Positions 20,448 to 28,375 of a DNA stretch of 64,000 bases are shown here, piece by piece. The position numbers were made by a program, and so were the translations under genes. Each line of letters starts with the position of its first letter. Position 1 is the first letter of the stretch. The notes beneath the pieces are model-generated. The model made no database searches. It was given only the letters and a program-made list of their open reading frames with translations, and had not been told where the DNA came from. The stretch comes from Candidatus Poribacteria bacterium (GTDB taxonomy: Bacteria > Poribacteria > WGA-4E > WGA-3G): contig CAXXUA010000005.1 in the NCBI GenBank assembly GCA_963663765.2, forward strand, positions 352,001 through 416,000, read 5' to 3'.

Positions 20448-20782
20448 TGCAGACAAAAACATCACTACCTGAAATCACACCACGTGAGTTGAAACAAAAA
20501 TTGGACGAAAACGAGTCAGTCATATTACTGGACGTCCGTGAACAAAGCGAATACGACATCGTCCATCTTGAAGATGCACAATTAATACCCCTGAACACAT
20601 TACCATACAATATAGAAAAAATTCCCACAGACCAAGAAATTGTTGTCTACTGCCATCATGGGCAACGCAGTCTCTACGCTACCGCATATCTACATCAGAA
20701 TGGATATACCGATGCGAAAAACCTTATAGGTGGTATTGACCAATGGGCAGTAGAAATAGACCAAACACTAAGGAGATATTAA
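20447..20782 (+). CDS. Rhodanese-like sulfurtransferase
   Basis: LLDVRE..EY, YCHHGQRS, L.GGID.W. Confidence 0.9.
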   Translation: MQTKTSLPEITPRELKQKLDENESVILLDVREQSEYDIVHLEDAQLIPLNTLPYNIEKIPTDQEIVVYCHHGQRSLYATAYLHQNGYTDAKNLIGGIDQWAVEIDQTLRRY

Positions 20783-20785
20783 TAC

Positions 20786-20995
20786 ATGCTTGTAGAATTT
20801 GAAAACCGATCCGGTGAAATGGAACAAACCGAAATGGAAATTAACGAACCTTGTCCAACTTGTTGTGGCATGCTTTTTCCACTTGTTGAATCAAAACCAA
20901 AAAGCGGATATCGATGCGGCAGCTGTGGACTCGTCTTCAACCCCGTAAAAGAAAACTTACCTGAAAATACATTAGAAATGATTGAAAAAACCTAA
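20786..20995 (+). CDS. Small zinc-ribbon protein
   Basis: CPTC...CGSC, 69 aa. Confidence 0.7.
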   Translation: MLVEFENRSGEMEQTEMEINEPCPTCCGMLFPLVESKPKSGYRCGSCGLVFNPVKENLPENTLEMIEKT

Positions 20996-21018
20996 CTACA
21001 TTCTTATATGGATGAACC

Positions 21019-21777
21019 ATGAAACATCTCTTCAAAATTGGAATACTTACAATAATTGTACTATCTTTTGCCAATCATTGCTTAGCTGGAACATGGGAAG
21101 ACGATTTCTCTAACATAAATAATAGCACTTGGGAAGTGTTTAATATCGTTGCATGGGAACCTGCTGACGATACACTTGGTGCAAAATGGGAAATCAAAAA
21201 TGGTTCAGTATCTGGATCAATGCATGAACTTTTCAAAAAAACCATGTTTTTAACAGGTGAATTGAAATGGCAAAATTATTCAGTTTCTTGCCGCGCAAAG
21301 TACGTTGGAGAAGAAGATAAAACTGCAATATTAGGATTAATAATGCACGCAAGAATTCAAGAAAACAAACGATATATGTTCTTACTAAATTACTTTGATC
21401 AAAAAGCATCAATTGTTGCGACTGCAGGTCCACTGAAACAAACTGGAGATAAATTTAGGGGATGGTCACAGGAAATACATAATTTCAAAATAGAATTTAA
21501 CACTTGGTATCTGCTTTCTGCATCAACCATGGGGAGTAACATACTAATATTCAATATAAAGAACTTAGAAGATACCAACAACATGGATGAATTTAGTATT
21601 GAAGTAAATGAACCGATTACGGAAGGTGGATTAACTGGTTTTTTAGTTGAAAACGCGAATGCTGTATTTGATGATATCAAAATTGAAGGAAAGAATATTC
21701 GCAATGGAGGTACTTTTCCTATAGAACCACATAGTAAACTTACAACTACGTGGGGCAAACTAAAATGGTTGCGATGA
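21019..21777 (+). CDS. Secreted concanavalin/DUF1080-like protein with Poribacteria-type C-terminal motif
   Basis: Signal peptide; beta-sandwich-like; FDDI; C-terminal IEPHSKLTTTWGKLK. Confidence 0.7.
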   Translation: MKHLFKIGILTIIVLSFANHCLAGTWEDDFSNINNSTWEVFNIVAWEPADDTLGAKWEIKNGSVSGSMHELFKKTMFLTGELKWQNYSVSCRAKYVGEEDKTAILGLIMHARIQENKRYMFLLNYFDQKASIVATAGPLKQTGDKFRGWSQEIHNFKIEFNTWYLLSASTMGSNILIFNIKNLEDTNNMDEFSIEVNEPITEGGLTGFLVENANAVFDDIKIEGKNIRNGGTFPIEPHSKLTTTWGKLKWLR

Positions 21778-21894
21778 CAGAAGCATTTAACGAAGTTCTC
21801 CACACATGTGATTCCTTCAAAAAGTGGTTTTTACAAACACATACAACAAACGAGTATTTCAAATAGAGCAACTGTGCGGAAATATCATAAGAAA

Positions 21895-22986
21895 TTACTC
21901 AATCTCTCGAAAATCTGGTACAGCTATAGGTATCCCGCCATTTGCAATGGATTCCTCTGAGACCAACCCTGGCACCGTGAAATCCATTGCTGCATAGACA
22001 TCAATTGGTGGCGTTGTATCATTGAGAATGCTATCAACAAAATCTTGCACCTTGAAGTAATCACCAAGATCCCCCAAATTCTGTGCCTCTGCAGGTGGGT
22101 TTCTCCAACGTTCCGGTAGAAAGTCTGATTCAAATTCAGAGAGTGGTTTCCAATGTTCCCCCGATTCAAATTCACTTAACCATATCTTCGGTTGTGCTCC
22201 GAACCCACGCGAACTCTCAAAACAGCCTTTCGTCCCCTGCAGACTAAAATAGGAATTGGCAGGACGATTCGAAAGCATATCAATCCGAATCTTGATTAAC
22301 CCACTACCCTCAGTCTTACAGAGCATCATCACAGTATCCTCCATCGCATGTTCAGGGTCGGTATTTACACCTGTACCAAGACAACAGACACTCACAACAC
22401 GTTCACCAAACCACTGTAACACAGGACCAAGGCTATGTGTTGCATAATTGCAGCGATTAATACCGACCTGCCAATAGTAACGCCAAGTCGGATTACCACT
22501 GGCATCGTGATGCAGTGATTTTACATTGTGGACATACTCACCCTCTCCGAAATACACATCACCGAACAGACCTTCCTCTACCATGCTGCGAATAATCACA
22601 TTGTGCATATAATAGCAGGTATTCTCAGCCAACGTATACTTAGCAGACGAATTACGAACTGCTCGAACAAGATCATAACACTCTTCTAACTTGACAGCAG
22701 CAGTCACTTCACTGATTACGTGTTTTCCCGCGTCTATTGCTTGAATTGACTGTGGAACGTGTAGATTCTCTGGTGTCGCAAGTACAACAAGGTCTACTAC
22801 ATCTAACATCTCTGTGTAATCTGTAAAACGATGCTGAACATTGTACCTTTCTGCAACATTATGCAATGTAGTTTCGTTGATATCGCAAACCGCTACGACC
22901 TCAGTTTCGGCAATCACATTAAATGGTTGAAAATATGAACTCCCACGATGCGCACCAACAATCCCTACTTTTATTGTATCTGCCAT
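21895..22986 (-). CDS. Gfo/Idh/MocA oxidoreductase
   Basis: VGIVG, VAVCD, ATP..LH, GKHVISEV. Confidence 0.9.
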   Translation of the reverse strand: MADTIKVGIVGAHRGSSYFQPFNVIAETEVVAVCDINETTLHNVAERYNVQHRFTDYTEMLDVVDLVVLATPENLHVPQSIQAIDAGKHVISEVTAAVKLEECYDLVRAVRNSSAKYTLAENTCYYMHNVIIRSMVEEGLFGDVYFGEGEYVHNVKSLHHDASGNPTWRYYWQVGINRCNYATHSLGPVLQWFGERVVSVCCLGTGVNTDPEHAMEDTVMMLCKTEGSGLIKIRIDMLSNRPANSYFSLQGTKGCFESSRGFGAQPKIWLSEFESGEHWKPLSEFESDFLPERWRNPPAEAQNLGDLGDYFKVQDFVDSILNDTTPPIDVYAAMDFTVPGLVSEESIANGGIPIAVPDFREIE

Positions 22987-23031
22987 GTGTGAATCCTCCT
23001 ACCGCATCGGAAATATGTTGGAAACGGGGTA

Positions 23032-23730
23032 TCATTCTATATCATCACATGAATTGACCTGTTCCATAAGTCGTTCCAATTTGTTTTTATCTTTAACACC
23101 TTTTGATGCCTCTACTCCTGAACAAAGATCAATGCCGTAAGGTCCAATAGTCTCAATTGCAGCTCTGACGTTATCGGGACGAATACCACCTGCAAAGAAT
23201 ACAGGTAATGGACTATTTGAAATGAGCTCCCCAGCAACAACCCAATCACAAGTCTTACCAGTACCGCCGTAACGTGGCGGATCAACACTAATATCTACAG
23301 AATCAAACAAAAGAAAATCAGCTCCAGCATCCCGATATGCTTGCATTTGCTTCCTTACTGCAATCATATCCACATTTTCTGGACTACCTGCAGGCAGATA
23401 AACTGACTTCCAGATTTGACATGGGATTGCATTCTTGAGTTCTTTAACCTGTTGCGGGGTTTCTTGTCCAAGCAGTTGAAGCGCAAACGGTTGGATTCTT
23501 GACACTGCTTCTTGTATTTCAGCTGTTTTGCGATTGTAAAGTAATAGCACTGTCGGAATAGGACTCGCACTAGCAATTTCTACTGCTTGTAAAGTGCTAA
23601 GCGATCTTCCTGAAGACGCAACGTCAACCAGCACACCCGAATAATCCGCACCAGTATCAGCAGCAATGTAGGCATCGTGAATTGAAGTTGTACCACAAAT
23701 CTTGACTTTGCACCTTGAATCTTTGGACAT
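23032..23730 (-). CDS. trpF: Phosphoribosylanthranilate isomerase
   Basis: VKICG, LLFDS, GGTG...DW, AGGI.PDNV, GIDLCSGVE...G.KD. Confidence 0.9.
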   Translation of the reverse strand: MSKDSRCKVKICGTTSIHDAYIAADTGADYSGVLVDVASSGRSLSTLQAVEIASASPIPTVLLLYNRKTAEIQEAVSRIQPFALQLLGQETPQQVKELKNAIPCQIWKSVYLPAGSPENVDMIAVRKQMQAYRDAGADFLLFDSVDISVDPPRYGGTGKTCDWVVAGELISNSPLPVFFAGGIRPDNVRAAIETIGPYGIDLCSGVEASKGVKDKNKLERLMEQVNSCDDIE

Positions 23731-23786
23731 AGTACATCATCCCAGTCTGTTAAATATTAAGAGGAATATTAATCTATAGCAATTGT

Positions 23787-24149
23787 CTAATCACAAAAAA
23801 CCGTTTGTCTGTCAGCATCTGAATAACAGATGATCATGGTTACAGGTTGCCAACCGGTATTGACAGCATTATGTTTGACATTGCGTGGAATTCGCAACAT
23901 CATCCCTTGTTTGAGCGGAATTACTTCATCACCTAACTTGTGATCACATTCACCCGATAACACATAAATAAGTTCCTCACAGTTTGGGTGATAATGGGTC
24001 GGGTTACCTTCACCCGCATTTATGTAAACAACACCGAAAGTCATCTCTGCATCCGGATCAATCTGATCATTACATAACCATTTTATTGCACCCCATGGAA
24101 ACTCAAGGGCACCAGCTTCGTTGCTATCTGTTAAAGTTATATCCAACAC
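23787..24149 (-). CDS. Cupin domain protein
   Basis: HYHPNCEELIYVLSG, IP.NVKH...N.G. Confidence 0.88.
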   Translation of the reverse strand: MLDITLTDSNEAGALEFPWGAIKWLCNDQIDPDAEMTFGVVYINAGEGNPTHYHPNCEELIYVLSGECDHKLGDEVIPLKQGMMLRIPRNVKHNAVNTGWQPVTMIICYSDADRQTVFCD

Positions 24150-24206
24150 ATTCTCCTTTACTACGATTAAAGATATTTTTATACTCTGTGTACACTTTGA
24201 TCTATC

Positions 24207-25043
24207 CTATACATTGAAACAAATCAGACTTTTTTCAGCATAGCTCTGCAGACATACAGTCGGATGGGTATATAGATAACCGATTGGTGCACAGATTGTC
24301 TTGACGTTCTCAACCTGCTTATTAACAACCTGATGTGTGTGTCCAAAGAGTACGTGGGTAACAAGCGGCTCCCTTAGACATATAGCTCCAAGTCCTTCAC
24401 TTCCCATAAACGCACTAAAATAGTCCCAAGGCAATTCATCACGATATTGGATACACTCCCGAAACGGCACATGATGCGTTACAACGATAATCTGTCTCAC
24501 CTTGTCCCTGAGAGAGACGACCTGTTTTTCAAGGTCTGCTTCAAAACGATGGGCAATGTTCTCATCAGTATCTTCCCATTTAGCATAAAACCTATCACTC
24601 CATACGCTTCCCATCAACTGCTTATCAGCATACTGTTCTTCGGAAAAGTCATATTTATCTGAAGCAAAAGTATAATCGTACCACCCAATTGTTCCGCAGA
24701 AACCAATTTCCGCAGCAATATAAGGTGAATCATTAAGCGGATGGAACCCGTGGTCTTGACAGATTTCTGAAATTACCCCACATTTCTGTTCACTTGTCAT
24801 GTTGGCATCCTTGTTAACCCAAATATCGTGATTACCTGGTACAAACAACTTCTGACAAGTCAAATCTGCTTTGGCAAATTCCGCGAGTATTGCGTAAAAT
24901 TCAGACAACTTTGGGGTTATATCACCAGCGAGGACAAAAACATCAAGAGCCGCAGCTTTGACTGCGTTGATAAGATAGGGAACAATTGCCTTATTCGTTT
25001 CAGTTGTATCAGTATGTAAGTCTGAGATGAGTCCTATCTTCAT
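24207..25043 (-). CDS. Calcineurin-like metallophosphoesterase
   Basis: ISDLH, AGD, GNHD, THH, GHTH. Start likely MKIGL at 25043. Confidence 0.9.
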   Translation of the reverse strand: MKIGLISDLHTDTTETNKAIVPYLINAVKAAALDVFVLAGDITPKLSEFYAILAEFAKADLTCQKLFVPGNHDIWVNKDANMTSEQKCGVISEICQDHGFHPLNDSPYIAAEIGFCGTIGWYDYTFASDKYDFSEEQYADKQLMGSVWSDRFYAKWEDTDENIAHRFEADLEKQVVSLRDKVRQIIVVTHHVPFRECIQYRDELPWDYFSAFMGSEGLGAICLREPLVTHVLFGHTHQVVNKQVENVKTICAPIGYLYTHPTVCLQSYAEKSLICFNV

Positions 25044-25105
25044 TGATATAGTATAACCAAGAACCACAGAGTCGGTATTTCGTTGATATTTATAGGAATT
25101 GAAAA

Positions 25106-26533
25106 TCACTCTTCGGATGTTCTCAAACTTCCAAATACTTCATCAAGAAAGATACGGATAGCAGTATCATCTCCTTGAAAACGTTCTCTCTGTCGTTGGA
25201 GTGCACTTAATGAGGATTCATCGCCAATCTTAGCGATTGCATCCACGAGCGTTAATTGTATTGCCGGGTCATCTGTTGTATCCAAGGCGTTTATCAGAAA
25301 ATCGCGTGACTGTGTTCCACCGATATTCCCAAGTGCTGAAGCGGCAATATCTTGTGCCGCAGGATCTGCCTCATCAAAAATTCCTATCAATGCGTCAATT
25401 GCTGGAGTACCAATTCGACTAAGACCTAAACCAGCTTGAAATCGTAAACCCGGAATTTCACTTTGATCTGTGAGCACTTTAGCAAGTGGTTCAATTGCTG
25501 TCGTAGGTTTAAGGATACCAAGCATGGAGAGACATGCACGCCGAATTTCTTGATCCGGTTCAATACTCTTTTGTATATAGTCTTCAACCAACTCCACAAG
25601 TCGTCCTTCATTTGCCTTCTGATGTAATGCTTCAGATCGATGACGGAATTGGATACCAAACGGAGCTTCAAGTGTTGCTGTATTTGCAGCAGGATTGACA
25701 AGGAGCAGTCCTAAAATTTCAGCAGATTGGAGTTGTGAACTATCAAGAATATCTGCTGGTAACTGATTCACATTTTCTTGTTGAAATTGCTGAAAGAGTG
25801 GGTTGAGTTCGCTCAATGCTACAAGCCGTTCCAAACTGCGTGCAGCAGCTTTACGTAGGGCAAGTTCACGGTTGTTTTTCAAAATGTCTATTAGAAAATC
25901 AACAGCACGGGCATCACCTATATTGCCAAGCGCGGTAACTGCAGCAATTTTTACACCGATAAGTTCGGTTGTTCTAAAGGTGATATTAGCACTTAATTCT
26001 GCAAATTCTTTTACGGATTTCTTATAATCGTTTAGACCTTGGATTTTTCTTTCATCAACGATCTTTTCAACTATATCACCCACTTGAATATTCTCAGTGT
26101 TTGCAATAGGGGTTCCAGGTATTATTTTCTTTACACGGACAGGATCGTTCCCTTCCACCTCTAACCCAGTTTTATCAGCAGTTTTTCGAACTGCGATGCG
26201 AATCGGTTGCTTCTCTTTGAGATAGAGCAGCATATTATTGTCATCCGCCATTGCTTTTTTTACAGCTTTTTTAAAGTCGGCAGGACTCTGAATTGGATAT
26301 TCCCCAATGATGTAAGAAATGAGTTCTCCTTGTGAAAGATCCGCTTTATCCGCAGGACCGCCAGTAGTGATTGAATTAATCACTACTCCGCTTGTAGACC
26401 AACGATTTTCAAGGTCGCTGTCAAGTTGAAGGACTTCCATTTGCGTATGCTCATCGTAATAGGAATTGTCTCCACAACTAATGGCAAAAATAATGCTTAC
26501 AAAAAACAAAATATGTAAAATTTTCTTCAGCAT
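25106..26533 (-). CDS. Lipoprotein with PDZ domains and HEAT/PBS repeats
   Basis: Lipobox AISC; GGPADKADL and PGTP..IQVGD (PDZ); ALGNIGD.RAV repeats. Confidence 0.8.
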   Translation of the reverse strand: MLKKILHILFFVSIIFAISCGDNSYYDEHTQMEVLQLDSDLENRWSTSGVVINSITTGGPADKADLSQGELISYIIGEYPIQSPADFKKAVKKAMADDNNMLLYLKEKQPIRIAVRKTADKTGLEVEGNDPVRVKKIIPGTPIANTENIQVGDIVEKIVDERKIQGLNDYKKSVKEFAELSANITFRTTELIGVKIAAVTALGNIGDARAVDFLIDILKNNRELALRKAAARSLERLVALSELNPLFQQFQQENVNQLPADILDSSQLQSAEILGLLLVNPAANTATLEAPFGIQFRHRSEALHQKANEGRLVELVEDYIQKSIEPDQEIRRACLSMLGILKPTTAIEPLAKVLTDQSEIPGLRFQAGLGLSRIGTPAIDALIGIFDEADPAAQDIAASALGNIGGTQSRDFLINALDTTDDPAIQLTLVDAIAKIGDESSLSALQRQRERFQGDDTAIRIFLDEVFGSLRTSEE

Positions 26534-26622
26534 CTTTGTCCCTTTCAACAATTCATGGTAAATTTATATATTTTCAATATAGCTTAGTAAAGAGTTCTCA
26601 GTAAAAATCAATATGGATTGTG

Positions 26623-27522
26623 CTAATTTCCTAACTCCACTATGATTTCTCTACTGCTTTTTTCTTTTAATGCATCCAAGAGTGGTTGCACAGCCTTCTC
26701 ATCTCCGAGTGCAGAGAGTGCTCGAATTGCATCAACTCGGAGTGAAGACCCTTTATTTTCTGTTATTTTGACAAGTTCAGGTACAGCTTTACCACCGATT
26801 TTTCCGAGTGCAGCCACAGCCAATTGACGTACCTCCGCAACCTCACGATCACTTTCCCGTTTTGCTGAGCCAGATTCAACTAATGCAGCAAGAGCAGGTA
26901 TTGCTGTCTCACTTCCAATTTCACCAAGTGCCTTTACAGCGTTCAAACGCGTTCCCATCTGTTTATGATCTAACAACGCAATCAATAACGGCACCATTGT
27001 TGTAGGATCAGTTTTGCCGATGTTCGCCATCACCCAGTGTGCATCATGCCTGTCACGGTTATCTTTAGACTTAATTGCTTTTTCAAGTTGTTTTAACAGT
27101 TGTTTGCGACCGTCCATTTGGTAAACTAACGTCAATGCCTCTAAAGCAGCGTTTTGTACATTGACATCATCATCTCGGAGCGTATCAAAAACCAGTATTT
27201 CAAGGTATTCCCGTGATTTCTGTTGATACGCTTTGAACATGTGTTGTCCTCTTTGTGCAATTGAGGCATGATCCCAATCGGGTTGGTTTGGTTCGTAAAA
27301 TTCCTGTGAATCGTAGAAACCGAGTAGATAATGTGCTTCAGCATTTTCCTTGTCCTGTTCAATAGCAAGTTTAAACTCCCGTACTGCGCGTTCCTCTTTT
27401 CGTCTTTTGTCGGATTTGATGAGTTCTTTACCTTTTGCAAGGTGTTCATTTTGGTTGCCACACCCAACTACTAAAAGGACTATAGCAAATATAAAAAAGC
27501 ACTTTTTTATAATCTGGTTCAT
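26623..27522 (-). CDS. Lipoprotein with TPR and HEAT/PBS repeats
   Basis: Lipobox VVGC; NAEAHYLLG; ALGEIG, ALGKIG repeats. Confidence 0.8.
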   Translation of the reverse strand: MNQIIKKCFFIFAIVLLVVGCGNQNEHLAKGKELIKSDKRRKEERAVREFKLAIEQDKENAEAHYLLGFYDSQEFYEPNQPDWDHASIAQRGQHMFKAYQQKSREYLEILVFDTLRDDDVNVQNAALEALTLVYQMDGRKQLLKQLEKAIKSKDNRDRHDAHWVMANIGKTDPTTMVPLLIALLDHKQMGTRLNAVKALGEIGSETAIPALAALVESGSAKRESDREVAEVRQLAVAALGKIGGKAVPELVKITENKGSSLRVDAIRALSALGDEKAVQPLLDALKEKSSREIIVELGN

Positions 27523-27572
27523 CTTATTTATTACCTTGAAGATTTTATTCTTATCCCTTGAAGATCCTACGA

Positions 27573-27770
27573 CAGAACTTACGCAAAAACGGTAGGCGGC
27601 GAATGCCTAAATGACATTCATACCCGGGGAATGCCAAAAGGCATTCATACCGTTGATTTCTTGATTTCTTGATTTGGTGTTTTGAAAGCGCGCTAGAAAC
27701 CCATAAAAATGCTGGTAATTCATCATTTCATCATTTTTCTTAATTAATCAAGAAAAATACGTAAGTCCTG
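27573..27770. mobile_element. MITE (CAGGACTTACG-type TIR) carrying a REP and hairpin element copy B
   Basis: CAGAACTTACGCA / TACGTAAGTCCTG ends. Colinear with the uninterrupted copy at 44610..44732. Confidence 0.8.
27598..27676 (+). repeat. Hairpin-TTGATTTG mini-element, copy B (2 hairpins + 3 octamers)
   Basis: GAATGCCTAAATGACATTC-ATACCCGGG-GAATGCCAAAAGGCATTC-ATACCG-(TTGATTTC)2-TTGATTTG, inserted at GGTAGGC^GTG. Confidence 0.85.
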
Positions 27771-28313
27771 TTAAGAGTCATTTGATGGCAACAGTGAGGC
27801 TTGTTCTAACGATGATTCATCTGATTCATCGTCGCTGTTTTCCTCACCTGCATCGACATTTGAATCTACATCAAGAGATTTCTGTAGTGTGACGATTGGT
27901 TTTTCAGAAAATCCCCAATCCTTATACCTTTGTATGACAGGTTTATCAGATGGGGTTAGTTCAATTTCAAGGATATTCATTCCGTTAACAACCGCAGCGG
28001 CTTCTGCAGCTTCAACGAGATGGTCTGCCACACCTAAAAGCCGAAAGGGACCAGAAACAGCAAGATCACTTATTTGTCCAACCTGTTCATCTAAAGGGTG
28101 CGGTTTTACTGTAATATGCCCAACTGCATACCCACTTGAATCCGCAACAAGTCGAATCGTTTGACTATCTGCAGCTAAGTCCTTCTTTAGTTCGTCAACA
28201 ACCTCCTGATTAGTTTTCTCAGGGAAGCAGTAAGTTTGCAAATGATTGGCATCATCCTCTATTATAGCTCGTACTTTAAGTGTACCTTTCAAGTCATAGT
28301 CCTTATTATCCAT
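27771..28313 (-). CDS. GNAT-family acetyltransferase
   Basis: LAVSGPFRLLGVA..LVEAAE, YKDWGF; acidic tail. Confidence 0.75.
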   Translation of the reverse strand: MDNKDYDLKGTLKVRAIIEDDANHLQTYCFPEKTNQEVVDELKKDLAADSQTIRLVADSSGYAVGHITVKPHPLDEQVGQISDLAVSGPFRLLGVADHLVEAAEAAAVVNGMNILEIELTPSDKPVIQRYKDWGFSEKPIVTLQKSLDVDSNVDAGEENSDDESDESSLEQASLLPSNDS

Positions 28314-28375
28314 ATTTTTTCTCCATTCTTTATTGATATTTGTAAATATCACAACAGTCCTTTGCGTTCATTGTA

